A DNA stretch of 64,000 bases from Gemmatimonadota bacterium (GCA_039588295.1 JBDHAB010000021.1:9112-73111), one strand, 5' to 3'; positions 9,650 to 19,912 are shown, counted from the first letter of the stretch. The notes: generated by a model not told the origin, from the letters alone. Numbers and translations: made by a program.

Positions 9650-10941
9650 GTCTTCAGCTCGCGTTTCTTCGCCGCCGGGAAAAGCACGTTGTTCAAAATC
9701 AGCCGGTACCCGGGAGAGTTAGGATAGAGCGACAAATCCGTTGCCGGATCGCCGATCTGATGTTGGGGATCCTCCGGATCGTGCCCGCCAAGGAACGTCC
9801 ACGTGCCGTGGCCGAACTCGCCGTGGATGTATTTCACCCACGGCGCACCCGTCTCTTCGGCCAACACGGTCACGCCGGGCTTCAGCCGGTCGCGCAGGAA
9901 CGAGGTCGTGAGCCCGTAGAAGTCGGGGATGACCTCGCGGTGGCACTGCACCAACATCGACGGCACGGGGTCGATCTTGGCACTGAAGTTGAACAGCGTG
10001 AACGCGCCAAGCTGCTGTCGACGCGATGGATGGTTTACCTGATGACCGTCGATATCGGAGAAGCTCGCGATTGCCGGCGAGGGCTCGAGTCGGGCATCGC
10101 GAAACGCGAGGGAGCGACCCCATTGCAGACGGTCCTCCGCATCCGGATCCATGGGCGACCCATCGCTGTATTGCGCCGCGATGTCTACACCCTCCGCCGC
10201 CAGCGCGAGCTCCAGCGTCTCGGTCGCCGTGCACATCGCAAACAGGAAGCCTCCACTGTCCACGTAGCGCCGAATGGCACGGGCGACCGCTTGCTTGAGC
10301 GCTGCGGGGTCCTCGAATCCCAAGGTGCGGGCCGTGCGGGTGTGGAGCTGCACCATCTCACGCAGCCACGGCGCCGCACTCGAGGTCAGGTAGAACTTGG
10401 AGAACTGTCCGGTGAAGTCCTCGTGGTGCAAGTGCAGCCACTCGTAGTCCGGCAACCGCCCCGCAAGAACCTCGGGATCCCAGATCTTGTCGTAGTCGAT
10501 CCCCGCATACTCGAGGGCCATCGTGACGGCATCGTCCCACGGTGCTGCGGTCGGTGGAGCGTAGACCGCCACCTTGGGCGCTTTCTCCAGCGGAATTGCA
10601 TCCATGTTGCTGCTGGCAATGGCTCCGCGCAGATCGAGTTCGCGGGACGCCCCGATTTCCTCGACGAGCACGCCGTCCAGCGCGGCTTCCCGGCGGACGG
10701 TTGCGTCGCCCGAGAGCAGGAAGCTGCCACCCCGATAGTTGAGGAGCCACTCACCTCGCCCGCCGCGTTTCAGCGAACGGAACGTCATGCCGTAGGCCTT
10801 GAGGTGGTTCGTCTGTCGTTCGTCCATCGGGACGAGCAGCCCCTGCACGGCCCCAGCCGCGGCGGGCGACGCCCCGGCTTTCCCCGATGTTCGGGTGAAC
10901 ACGAGCGCCCCCATCGCGCCGACGAACGTTCGCCGCTTCAT
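9646..10941 (-). CDS. Conserved exported protein with a class-I glutamine-amidotransferase-like fold (family often labelled 'asparagine synthetase B')
   Basis: Twin-arginine-like signal MKRRTFV. NHLKAYG, WLHLHHEDFTGQ, GGFLFAMC (nucleophile-elbow-like) and GGHDPED. Confidence 0.75.
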   Translation of the reverse strand: MKRRTFVGAMGALVFTRTSGKAGASPAAAGAVQGLLVPMDERQTNHLKAYGMTFRSLKRGGRGEWLLNYRGGSFLLSGDATVRREAALDGVLVEEIGASRELDLRGAIASSNMDAIPLEKAPKVAVYAPPTAAPWDDAVTMALEYAGIDYDKIWDPEVLAGRLPDYEWLHLHHEDFTGQFSKFYLTSSAAPWLREMVQLHTRTARTLGFEDPAALKQAVARAIRRYVDSGGFLFAMCTATETLELALAAEGVDIAAQYSDGSPMDPDAEDRLQWGRSLAFRDARLEPSPAIASFSDIDGHQVNHPSRRQQLGAFTLFNFSAKIDPVPSMLVQCHREVIPDFYGLTTSFLRDRLKPGVTVLAEETGAPWVKYIHGEFGHGTWTFLGGHDPEDPQHQIGDPATDLSLYPNSPGYRLILNNVLFPAAKKRELKT

Positions 10942-12656
10942 GACTTGGGCACCATTCCACGTGCTCGATCGAGGAGCCGTCGTGCTTGCGGTACGACGGC
11001 ACTCTCCGGATAGCTCAGAATCAAGTGCTCGAGTCGGCGAATCGCGCCGGCGTTGCTACCCGACGCCACGAGCACCTTCGCCAACGCATACTCCGCGCCT
11101 GGGGCACCGGGGCCCTCCGGATCGGCGGCGAGCGCGGCGAGCAACAGCGATTCGGCGGCGGGGAAGTCCGACTGGCGCGCCGCCAGCTCACCGGCCAGGC
11201 CTAACACGTCGGCCCTGCCACCCTGTGGCGGAAGCGCATCTGCCACCACGCGTAATTGTCCGACCCCATCCGTCGTATCCCCCCGCGCGACGGCGAGGAG
11301 CGCCTCCCCGAATTGCGGCAGTCGTTCGGCCCGAATGCGCTCCAACAACACGAGCATACCCGAGCGACGCGTGACCTCCTCGCGCGCATGCACGTACGGA
11401 CCCGCCGCCCGGAATCGTGCCCGCGCCTCACCCAGCGCTCCCCGGTAGAGGGCTACCCACCCCATCACGGCCTGTGTGCCCACCGTTGAATCGCCCACAA
11501 GCACCTGTTCCGCGCGACCGAGTTCACCCCGCCGGACCCAGCCCCACGCGAGTGCCTCACGAACTACAGCACCGTCACTCGGTGTGATACGAGACTGCCA
11601 CGCGCGGTATCGCTCTTCGGCCTCCGCCACCTGCCCAGCATCGGCGAGCAGTTGAATGAACGTCGCCATTGCCGCGGCGGTCGGTGGCGACATCGAGCTG
11701 GTGTCGATCCCGACCTGGCTCAGCAGCCGTCGCGCGGCGACCACGTCGCCAGCGTCGGCAAACGCCCGCGCGGCCGCCACTCGTGCCCGGTCCGCCGCCG
11801 GGCCCGTCTCCAGCGCCGCGAGGCGCTCGTAGGCATACCCGCGAGCCCGGGCCGCGGCCGGCGTGCGCACGCGGGCCACGTGATCGGCGAAGTGGCGCAA
11901 CAGAGCGATTGCCACACCGACGTCGGCCGGCAGGGCGCTGTCGAGCAAGGTCCACGCTTGTTCGGGCCGTCCCCAGTCGGCCAAGAGATCTGCGGCAAGC
12001 CAGCGACCTGCGGACTCCGCGTCGGCCACCAGGACACCCACGATGGCGTTACGCTGCTCCTCGGGCGCCCGCCTGAGGCTCCCCACCGCCACGCTCACCA
12101 AGCTCCGGTCTTCCGCGACGGCGACACCCCAACCTTGCGCCGCCTCGCGCCACTGCCCCGACAGCGCAAACGCCTGCGCGCTGTACTGCGCGAGGGCCGC
12201 GTCCCCGGTGCGCGTCCGGCCGGTTGCGAGCACCGCCTGCGCCGCACCGGTATCCCCTCGGCGAGCAAGCCACAACGCCCACTCGCGGTAGGGGCTCGCG
12301 CTCCTGGGGAACGCTACCATCCATCGTGCGGCCACCGCCGCCACGCTGTCCGCGCCATCGAGTGCTGCCGTCGCATGAAACTCGAACTCGCGGAGGGCTT
12401 CGCTTCCCGGGTCGGCCTCCACCGCACGTCGCACATAGGGCCGCAGGGAGTCCATGCGACCCACGCGCTGCAGCATGCGCTCGAGCCCCATCAGTAGGGA
12501 GAGATTTGCCGGCTCGTTGCGGAGTTCCGCCCGGTACGCACGAGCCGCGGCGTCGAACCTGCCGGCACGCTCAAGCTGCAGGGCCTCCTGGGCGTGGACC
12601 GCGGTCACGCTCGTCACGATCCAGCATCCAACCGCCAGCAGCTCACGGCCTGACAT
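10938..12656 (-). CDS. Secreted tetratricopeptide-repeat protein
   Basis: Signal peptide ending AVHA-Q, Ala/Arg-rich helical repeats and a C-terminal TPR-type ending (LILSYPES..ARRLL). Confidence 0.75.
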   Translation of the reverse strand: MSGRELLAVGCWIVTSVTAVHAQEALQLERAGRFDAAARAYRAELRNEPANLSLLMGLERMLQRVGRMDSLRPYVRRAVEADPGSEALREFEFHATAALDGADSVAAVAARWMVAFPRSASPYREWALWLARRGDTGAAQAVLATGRTRTGDAALAQYSAQAFALSGQWREAAQGWGVAVAEDRSLVSVAVGSLRRAPEEQRNAIVGVLVADAESAGRWLAADLLADWGRPEQAWTLLDSALPADVGVAIALLRHFADHVARVRTPAAARARGYAYERLAALETGPAADRARVAAARAFADAGDVVAARRLLSQVGIDTSSMSPPTAAAMATFIQLLADAGQVAEAEERYRAWQSRITPSDGAVVREALAWGWVRRGELGRAEQVLVGDSTVGTQAVMGWVALYRGALGEARARFRAAGPYVHAREEVTRRSGMLVLLERIRAERLPQFGEALLAVARGDTTDGVGQLRVVADALPPQGGRADVLGLAGELAARQSDFPAAESLLLAALAADPEGPGAPGAEYALAKVLVASGSNAGAIRRLEHLILSYPESAVVPQARRLLDRARGMVPKS

Positions 12657-15600
12657 CGTTCAACCTGCGGAAGTAGTCGAGAATGAGACGGCGCTGCTCC
12701 GGTGACAACCCGCGCAGCGACTCCCAGGTAGGGAACGGAAACCGCGGCGCTCCACCCACCGCAGGGTCGCTCGCCTCCGGCACGCGTAGGTTGCCGGGTC
12801 GGGCCGTCTCGGCGACGCGTTCGCGCCGCTGGTCTTCCTCTTCGCTCTCCAGACTGCGACCCGCATCGAGCAGGCGGCGGAAGAGCTGCTCCTGACGCTC
12901 GAGTACTTCGCGGTCGAGTCGCCCGGCGGCAAGGTCATCGGCAATCTCGCGGGCTGCTTCCGCGAGCGCACCCGCCCCGCTCAGCTCTCCCCCTGCCCGC
13001 ATCCGTTCGAGCTCCGCTGCCAGGGACCGCTCCTGGGCCGCCAACACGCGCAGCTGTTCGAGGAGCTGGACCCCGCCGGCCTGCATCATCGGCAGCAACC
13101 CACCAGACTGCGCGTTGATTCCTCCTTGCTCGTTGGCCAGCTCCGCCAAGCGTTCCAGCGCCTCCGCCAATCCCGATCCGGATTGGGCACCAGCCACGTC
13201 GCCGCGGCTCCGGACCATCGCATACACCGCCTGGTTGAGAGCATCGAGCGACTGGCCAGCAAGTTCGCCGGCCTCCCGAGTGCCCGGGTTGGGCTGCTGA
13301 AGCTCGCCGAGCGATTGCTCCATGCGTTGCCGCGCCAGCCCAAGCGCGGCTGCGAGCTGCGGCGACACGAGCGCATTCTTGCCGGCGGCGGTCTTGAGCC
13401 GCTCGGCAACGCGATCCACTCCTGCTTTCACCGCCGCTTGTGACCCCCGGACGTCCGCTCCCGACTCACCACGCCGCAGTCGTTCCTCGATCTCCTGCTG
13501 GCGCTGCGCCAGCTGGGCGCCTTCAACGAGCGCCCGATCGAGCTCGGCCATCACCTCTTCGCGCCACTGTTCGCGGAGTCGGTTACGCTCCTCGCGCAGG
13601 CTCGCTCCTAGAGGGTCCAGCGCCTCCAAGGCCTCGGCCCCCGACTGCCGCGCCCGGTCGACAGCACCCGTAGCCGCCTGTTGGGCCGCACGGGTCATCG
13701 ACTGCGACGCCCGGGTCGCCCGAGTCTCCCCCTGTTCCAGCCCAGCTGCCGCCGTGCCTGCGGAGTCGAGCGCCGCGTCGAGTTGCGCGAGCCGCTCGGC
13801 GAGTTCGGCGGCCTGAGCCGCCATGTCGCGTTCCGCTCGAGCGCTCGCGCTGTCGGGTATCTGTCCGACGGCTGCATTCCACTCGCGCTGGTGTTGCGCA
13901 AGTTCGTCGGCATCGGCGGCGAGGGTGGTGAGGTCACCCTCGATGGCCGCTCGCTCGAACAGCTCGCGGCCTCGGCTCAACTCCTCCCGCAGTTGCTGCG
14001 CCGCCTCAGCGAGCTGTCGCAACGCGTCACGCGCCTCAGCCGCGTGCAACTGCGCGAGGGCATCCCGGAGCGTTTCGAGCCGCTCCACCAACTCCTCGCT
14101 AAGGGCCCGCTCCAGGAGCGTCTGGATCTCGCGGAGCTGCTCGTGAAATGCCGGATCGGTGAGGCCCGCGCTCCACGCGGACTCGGATAGCGTACGGATC
14201 TCGTCCCGCAGCGACCGCGCGCGCTCGGTCACCGCCTCCTCCTCACCGAGGAGTTCGCGAGCCCGCTCCACCGACTCAAACGGCAACTGATCAGCCAACG
14301 GGGTTCCGGCACGATCACCCTCGGCACCGGCCCCACGCTCCCGCTCCGCGGCAAGGTCTTCGATGCGGCGTGTGAGCTGTTCCTGGACCGCGACCAACGA
14401 GTCGACACCGGCGGCAACGGTCTGCGACGCCTCACGCATCGCCTGCCGCAGCTCCCACATCGCGAGCAACCGGAGCCGCAACACCCGACTCTGACCGGTG
14501 TGCGGCACTGGCGCATTGTCGCGCGCGCGCGCGCGAACAAAGGCGGTGTCACCGGGCAGGAACCCACGACCATTGAGGTCGAGCACCCAATGGGTCAGTG
14601 CGTGATCCGTTCCACTCTCTGGAAGGGCAATAGCCTCCGTGACGGCCTCGGAGCGAAGACCCAACCGGCTTACCCGCCAGCTCTCGATCTCGAGCGCACG
14701 CAGGCCGTGATCATCCCGGGCGTCCACGAGCACGGACTGCTTGAGCGTGAGGGGCATCGTCGTATCCGCCCCCGGCGCCGGGATCGCGACCACGGGTGCG
14801 CTATCACGCACCACAACCAGGTGTAGCTCCGGGTTGGGCTCGGCCAACGCTCCCCCACTTGCCAGCGCGACTGTCAGACGCCAACGGCCGCTCCCGCGCA
14901 CCGGAAGCTCGCCCGAGAATCGAGCGCCGTCGACTCGCAACGGCACCGCCCGATTCTCCCGGCGCCACGTGACGCCCGCGACCGGAACGGTCACGGCACC
15001 GCGCGTGAGGATCGACGTGCCTTCCGGCACCAACACCGGATCGGGTCCCGGCTCCACCGGCTCGTCCGGTCGATCCAGGTACGTGGCATACCGCGCCAGC
15101 AGCTCGAAGTCGGTGAGCAGTGCCGGGAGTTCGACTTCGACGTGGATGGTCTCCGATGAACGATTCCCGCTCACCGCTCGGAGGTAGCGGTCGGCGAAGA
15201 GGGGGCCGAGAACCACCGATGCCTCACCGGCGGAATCGAGCTCGACGCGCCTCTGGCCCCACGGCTCACCGGGGGATCTGACCCAGAGGGATGCGCCGCT
15301 CCGTCCGGACGCCTGGATCGTCGCGGTGATACGGTCTCCGCGGGCCACCCGCACTCGGTCGACCTCGAGGGTGACCGGGCCGCGGCCCCGCGCCAGCGCG
15401 GCCCACGGCCGCCAGAACATCCCCGCGTCTCGCTGCGGGTTCACAGCGGCGAAGGCGACGGTCCCTGCCGTGAAGATCGACGCGCCGGTGACGAGTGAGC
15501 GTGTTGCGGTGCGCCGCACTGCGGCGAGCACCCGGTCCCCATCTGTCGCGAGCCATGCCGAGACCTGTCGGTCGGCAAGCCCGGCTAACGCCGAGTCGCC

Positions 15601-15927
15601 CACCGTTTCCTCCCACGCTGCCGGGCCGGCAACCCAGCCCGCCCGCCGATCCCCCGCACGCTCTGCGGTTTCCGCGAGCGCTCCGATCTGTGCATCACGC
15701 GCCGCACGCGAGACACGGAACACGCCCCACGCGATTCCCACGAGGGCGAGCGTCCACCCCACGAACGCCCCCACAGGCGCACGCTGCGCAATGCCCAGCC
15801 TCGCGAGGAGAATCCCCACGCTGAGCGCCCCCATGAGGAGCCCTATGCCAAGCAGCACTCCGCCAAGAAGGCGTCGCAGGAGCAGAGCGCGACGCCTGTC
15901 CTCGAGCCAGCGTCGGGTGCCGGTCAT
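12643..15927 (-). CDS. DUF4175-like membrane-anchored protein (N-terminal TMs, Ig-like region, long coiled coil)
   Basis: Three N-terminal hydrophobic segments, an ARDDHGL motif, a Gln/Glu/Ala coiled coil and a C-terminal YFRRL. Confidence 0.72.
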   Translation of the reverse strand: MTGTRRWLEDRRRALLLRRLLGGVLLGIGLLMGALSVGILLARLGIAQRAPVGAFVGWTLALVGIAWGVFRVSRAARDAQIGALAETAERAGDRRAGWVAGPAAWEETVGDSALAGLADRQVSAWLATDGDRVLAAVRRTATRSLVTGASIFTAGTVAFAAVNPQRDAGMFWRPWAALARGRGPVTLEVDRVRVARGDRITATIQASGRSGASLWVRSPGEPWGQRRVELDSAGEASVVLGPLFADRYLRAVSGNRSSETIHVEVELPALLTDFELLARYATYLDRPDEPVEPGPDPVLVPEGTSILTRGAVTVPVAGVTWRRENRAVPLRVDGARFSGELPVRGSGRWRLTVALASGGALAEPNPELHLVVVRDSAPVVAIPAPGADTTMPLTLKQSVLVDARDDHGLRALEIESWRVSRLGLRSEAVTEAIALPESGTDHALTHWVLDLNGRGFLPGDTAFVRARARDNAPVPHTGQSRVLRLRLLAMWELRQAMREASQTVAAGVDSLVAVQEQLTRRIEDLAAERERGAGAEGDRAGTPLADQLPFESVERARELLGEEEAVTERARSLRDEIRTLSESAWSAGLTDPAFHEQLREIQTLLERALSEELVERLETLRDALAQLHAAEARDALRQLAEAAQQLREELSRGRELFERAAIEGDLTTLAADADELAQHQREWNAAVGQIPDSASARAERDMAAQAAELAERLAQLDAALDSAGTAAAGLEQGETRATRASQSMTRAAQQAATGAVDRARQSGAEALEALDPLGASLREERNRLREQWREEVMAELDRALVEGAQLAQRQQEIEERLRRGESGADVRGSQAAVKAGVDRVAERLKTAAGKNALVSPQLAAALGLARQRMEQSLGELQQPNPGTREAGELAGQSLDALNQAVYAMVRSRGDVAGAQSGSGLAEALERLAELANEQGGINAQSGGLLPMMQAGGVQLLEQLRVLAAQERSLAAELERMRAGGELSGAGALAEAAREIADDLAAGRLDREVLERQEQLFRRLLDAGRSLESEEEDQRRERVAETARPGNLRVPEASDPAVGGAPRFPFPTWESLRGLSPEQRRLILDYFRRLNDVRP

Positions 15928-16589
15928 GGGATGGCCGTTGCTGCGTACACGAAGAGGTTCACACCCATACGGAGTGCGCGCTCGCGAAGCTGAGCGGGAT
16001 CGTCGTGCACACCCGGGTCCTCCCAGCCGTCGCCGAGGTCGGCCTGGTACGAGTAGAAGACCGCCAGCCGCCCACCGAGGAAGATCCCGAATCCCTGAGC
16101 TGGAAGACCATCGTGTTCGTGGATCTTGGGGACGCCCTCGGGAAGCTCGTACATGACATGATAGATCGGGTGATCCAGCGGCACTTCCACGAGGGGGTGG
16201 TTCGGAAACAACCTGGCGATCTCACGCCGAAAGGACTCGTCCATCCCGTAGTTGTCGTCAGCGTGCAGGAAGCCGCCGTGTTCGAGGAAACGCCGCAGGA
16301 TCGGGATCTCCTCAGGCGAGAAGCGCACGTTGCCGTGGCCGGTCATGTAGAGGAATGGGAGGTCCCACAGCCGGGGATCGGTCAGCTTGACGACCTGCTC
16401 ACGCTCATGGACGTGCAGGGCCGTGCGCTCGTTGATGGCGGCAATGAGGTTGGGCAGACTCGACGGATTGGCATACCAATCGCCACCACCATCGTACTGT
16501 AGTCGGCCCACGACGAGCGGCGGTGGCGGGCTGTCAGGCGGCAGCACGGCCAGACCGAGGCCGAGTGCAAGAGCGGCGAAGCGAATCAC
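15924..16589 (-). CDS. DUF4159 domain protein, secreted
   Basis: RLQYDGGGDWYANPSSLPNL, YMTGHGNV, GGFLHADDNYG and DLGDGWED. GTG start overlaps the rsmI stop. Confidence 0.85.
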   Translation of the reverse strand: MIRFAALALGLGLAVLPPDSPPPPLVVGRLQYDGGGDWYANPSSLPNLIAAINERTALHVHEREQVVKLTDPRLWDLPFLYMTGHGNVRFSPEEIPILRRFLEHGGFLHADDNYGMDESFRREIARLFPNHPLVEVPLDHPIYHVMYELPEGVPKIHEHDGLPAQGFGIFLGGRLAVFYSYQADLGDGWEDPGVHDDPAQLRERALRMGVNLFVYAATAIP

Positions 16590-17422
16590 ATGGCCATCAC
16601 GATGCGGTACGTCTCCCGACGAGCCAACGAGAACTCCGCAGCCAGGCGGGTGGCTGCGTCCCGTCGGCTCATCCCCTCCTCGAGCAGTTCGCTCGCACGA
16701 CTGCGCACGACTGCCTCGTCGACCTCCACCCCGCGTTCCCCACGTGGTCTCGCCCCCACGATCAACGTCACCTCGCCGCGCGGAGGATTCTCCTCGTAGT
16801 AAACCGCCAAGTCGGCGAGGTTTCCCACGCGTATCTCCTCGTGCACCTTCGTGAGTTCCCGGGCGACCACGGCAGCCCGCTGGCCGCCGCAGGCGGACGT
16901 CAGATCGGTCAGCAACCGGACCAACCGGGCGGGAGCCTCGTACAGCACACTGGTCCACGCCGCGCCGGCCACCGTGTCGATGAGGCGGTGCCGTTGGGCG
17001 CCTTTGCGGGGGATGAAGCCGAAAAAGGTATAGCGATCCGCCGGTAGCCCCGACGCGCTGAGGGCCGTCGTGACCGCCGAGGGTCCGGGCACCGGAACCA
17101 CCCGGGCTCCGCGTTGACGCGCCCGTTGCACGAGTTGGGTCCCCGGGTCCGAGACGGTTGGCGTACCGGCGTCCGCCACCACGGCAACGTCGTCACCGCC
17201 CTCGAGCGCACGCAGGATCGCCTCAAGCCGACTTTCCGGGGAATGCGCGTGCAGGCTCTGCACGCGGGGACGGGCATCCACATGCTGAAGCAGGATCCGC
17301 GCTCGCCGGGTGTCCTCCGCTGCTACGAGCGCTACGTCCTGCAGAATGCGTTTTGCGCGTTCGGAGAGATCTGCCAGGTTGCCTAGTGGCGTCGCAACAA
17401 CGTAGAGCGTCCCGAGCGTCAC
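16586..17422 (-). CDS. rsmI: 16S rRNA C1402 2'-O-methyltransferase
   Basis: LYVVATPLGNL, AAEDTR, DAGTPTVSDPG, PGPSA and ARELTKVHEE. Confidence 0.96.
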   Translation of the reverse strand: MTLGTLYVVATPLGNLADLSERAKRILQDVALVAAEDTRRARILLQHVDARPRVQSLHAHSPESRLEAILRALEGGDDVAVVADAGTPTVSDPGTQLVQRARQRGARVVPVPGPSAVTTALSASGLPADRYTFFGFIPRKGAQRHRLIDTVAGAAWTSVLYEAPARLVRLLTDLTSACGGQRAAVVARELTKVHEEIRVGNLADLAVYYEENPPRGEVTLIVGARPRGERGVEVDEAVVRSRASELLEEGMSRRDAATRLAAEFSLARRETYRIVMAM

Positions 17423-18435
17423 CAGTGAACCGTCCAGGGGAGGCGGTCGTAGAAGCCCGCCTTCTGGAGGACGAAGCGGTGGTCACGGGTTGCCGACTCG
17501 AGCACAGCCGGCGCGACCCCCGGCGCGACGATTTCGACCTGCTCGAGGAACGGCAGGGCCCAATCGCTCAGCGCGACGTTCAATGCCTCCGGCGTCGTGA
17601 CGATCGGCGTCGCGTCACGATCCAACGGCAACCCGATGGCTTCGAGCGGCGTGTGGACCTTACCCGTCAGATCGCGCAGGCGCACCGCGTGCTTCATTGC
17701 TTCGCCCGACGCTTCCGCGTCGGCTGCCGCCACAATGGCCCAGAACAACTCCCGGTACGTCTGCACCAATTCCGGCGGCGCCTGGATGGGAAGCTCAGCG
17801 GCGTCGGGGAAGACCGCGGCTGCGATCTCGGGACGCTCTCCCGCATCCGTTGGCGCAAACAGGGTCTCTACGTGGCTCCGGACGGGGGTGTCGTCGTCTT
17901 TGTCCCAAAAAAACCCATCCAGGAAACCGCCCTCCTTGAAGCGGAAATAGTTCACGCAACCGTCCGAAATGAGCTCGAGAACGCCGGTGAACTTCTCCTC
18001 GTTCAGTGCGGGAAATACCTGCTGCGGTCGCTCTGAATCGAGGAGTCGCGGCTCAGCGGGCGCGGCGCAGCTTGCGTACATCCACGCGAGTTGCTTGACC
18101 GGTGCATCGCAGAAGACCAACTCGCCGCGCTCCACTTCCCGGCGGATGTCAGCGAGCGCAGTGGCGATGGGCAAGACCTCGCGGCCTGCCTCTCCGATCG
18201 ATACGGCGGTCGCCAGCTCACCACCGCGCAGCAGCAGCAAGACGACTTCATCGGGCAGGTACGCGGCAACATACCCGTCCACCCGACCCTCCCGGTCGAC
18301 CTTGGCAAAGTGGAGCAGGTTGTCGAGATGGACGAAGATGGAGCGCGTACGTGGCACATGCACCTGGCCAGCGGGAAACTGGAGCTGTGCCAGGCGAATT
18401 CTCGTGTTGACCAGCCGCGCAGTGCTCAGACGCAT
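17419..18435 (-). CDS. Hypothetical protein, possibly with two DUF4388/PATAN-like repeats
   Basis: Long ORF coupled to rsmI by a 4-nt overlap. Two similar G-x-hydrophobic...-x-x-G-x-hydrophobic segments. Confidence 0.7.
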   Translation of the reverse strand: MRLSTARLVNTRIRLAQLQFPAGQVHVPRTRSIFVHLDNLLHFAKVDREGRVDGYVAAYLPDEVVLLLLRGGELATAVSIGEAGREVLPIATALADIRREVERGELVFCDAPVKQLAWMYASCAAPAEPRLLDSERPQQVFPALNEEKFTGVLELISDGCVNYFRFKEGGFLDGFFWDKDDDTPVRSHVETLFAPTDAGERPEIAAAVFPDAAELPIQAPPELVQTYRELFWAIVAAADAEASGEAMKHAVRLRDLTGKVHTPLEAIGLPLDRDATPIVTTPEALNVALSDWALPFLEQVEIVAPGVAPAVLESATRDHRFVLQKAGFYDRLPWTVHW

Positions 18436-18469
18436 GGGCAGAGGATGACGTCTGTTGCTGAATGTGAGG

Positions 18470-18508
18470 CCCGGGCGATGCGTTGCTTGAGACGACCCAT
18501 CGCCCGGG
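18470..18508 (-). terminator. GC-rich hairpin downstream of trxA (possible terminator or stability element)
   Basis: Perfect 11-bp inverted repeat CCCGGGCGATG/CATCGCCCGGG. No clear U-tract. Confidence 0.4.
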
Positions 18509-18549
18509 ATTGCCAGCGCTGTCGCGCCCGCGTAGGCTGAGGCGCGTCC

Positions 18550-18882
18550 CTAACCGAGGTGTTGCTCGATCTTCTCTACAAGATACGCCTTGGGGACAGC
18601 TCCGACCACCGTGTCAACGTGCTGTCCGCCCTTGAAGAACAAGACGCTCGGGATGGAGCGCACGTTGAACCGGACTGCCGTCTCCTGATTGGCATCAACG
18701 TCGAGCTTCGCCACCTTCAGCCGCCCCTCGTACTCCTGAGCTAGTTGTACAACGACCGGAGCTATGATCTGGCACGGGCCGCACCACGTGGCCCAAAAGT
18801 CGACCATCGCGAGGCCATCGTGCCCCTCGATCTCCTGTGCAAAATCAGTGTTCGTAACGACCACGGGGTGAGTCACTGCCAT
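18550..18882 (-). CDS. trxA: Thioredoxin
   Basis: WCGPC active site and VRSIPS. GGAG RBS before the ATG at 18882. Confidence 0.96.
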   Translation of the reverse strand: MAVTHPVVVTNTDFAQEIEGHDGLAMVDFWATWCGPCQIIAPVVVQLAQEYEGRLKVAKLDVDANQETAVRFNVRSIPSVLFFKGGQHVDTVVGAVPKAYLVEKIEQHLG

Positions 18883-18972
18883 GTTCAACTCCCAGTTGTT
18901 TCATTTCATTGACCAGTGGCATTGCGCGACACCGAGGTGCCGCAACGCCGAACCGACATCTCCGGAGGTTCC

Positions 18973-19371
18973 GTGACCGCATCCAAGACTCGAGTCGCCC
19001 ACATCGGCGTCGCCGTGAGCGACTCTGACGAGGCCGCCGCCTTCTACTACGACGTCTTGGGGCTGGAACCGTCCACCCCGGAAACGGCGGACGGCGCACA
19101 GATTGTTTCCATCAGGCTCGGGGACGTGGAAATCGAGCTCCTCACCCCGGACTCGAACGACAGCCCCGTCGCCCGGTTTCTCGCCCGACGCGGACCCGGA
19201 ATCCACCACATCTGCTACCGGGTCCCCGACCTCGACGCGGCCCTCGAACGCTGCCGCACCCACGGATATCGGCTCGTGGACGAGACGCCACGGACCGGCA
19301 CGGGCGGTCGCCGTATCGCGTTCGTGCATCCCAAGACCACCGCCGGCATTCTGCTGGAGCTTACCGAGTAG
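18973..19371 (+). CDS. mce: Methylmalonyl-CoA epimerase (VOC family)
   Basis: HIGVAV, IELL-x-P, GPGIHHIC and FVHPK...GILLEL. GGAGG RBS before the GTG at 18973. Confidence 0.88.
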   Translation: MTASKTRVAHIGVAVSDSDEAAAFYYDVLGLEPSTPETADGAQIVSIRLGDVEIELLTPDSNDSPVARFLARRGPGIHHICYRVPDLDAALERCRTHGYRLVDETPRTGTGGRRIAFVHPKTTAGILLELTE

Positions 19372-19384
19372 CCCTCGCTGCCGC

Positions 19385-19864
19385 TCAGCGTGTGCCCTCG
19401 GGCTGACAGGCTCGCGCCGGATTTCCCACTGCGGTCAGGTCGATGTTCGCCACGAGCCATCCCTCACCCCAGCGCACCAGCGTGAACGGCACCACCGGCG
19501 TGCATCCCTGGCGAGTAAGTTGGACCCGGAGTTCCCGCTCCGCCCCCGACCCAGGAAGTGGCGTGCCTGCGTCCGGGATGATCTCGTACGACTCGTGGTC
19601 CAAATAGATCTGGATGATCGTCAGACGCTTCCGCAGCTCCTCGGGATCCATCTTCGCCGAAGCGGGACCACCCGAGGTGCCCCAGAGATCGGCCATCGCG
19701 ACGAGGCTGTTGTCGCGCACCGCACTGAGGAACTCGCGAACCGTCAGCTCCGGATTCGACGGCGCAACCACGGTGGTGCGGGACGCTCCCCCACTGCATG
19801 CCGAGGCGAGGATCAGCGCCACCGAGGCTATACTAATACCAGGTGCAAATCGAGGTCGCAGCAT
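19385..19864 (-). CDS. Hypothetical lipoprotein
   Basis: Hydrophobic signal with lipobox-like LASAC. Coding-like codon pattern from the ATG at 19864. Confidence 0.65.
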   Translation of the reverse strand: MLRPRFAPGISIASVALILASACSGGASRTTVVAPSNPELTVREFLSAVRDNSLVAMADLWGTSGGPASAKMDPEELRKRLTIIQIYLDHESYEIIPDAGTPLPGSGAERELRVQLTRQGCTPVVPFTLVRWGEGWLVANIDLTAVGNPARACQPEGTR

Positions 19865-19878
19865 ATTCAGGTGCCCGA

Positions 19879-19907
19879 AGCTTAAACGGGGAGAAAACGG
19901 GGGGCAA
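19879..19907 (-). promoter_or_regulatory. sigma70-like promoter for the lipoprotein gene
   Basis: TTGCCC-N17-TAAGCT on the minus strand. Confidence 0.5.
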
Positions 19908-19912
19908 CCCGA

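Noticed and set aside
9646..10941. Asparagine synthetase B function
   Set aside because: There is no N-terminal Ntn Cys and no SGGLDS ATP-pyrophosphatase motif, and the protein has an export signal.
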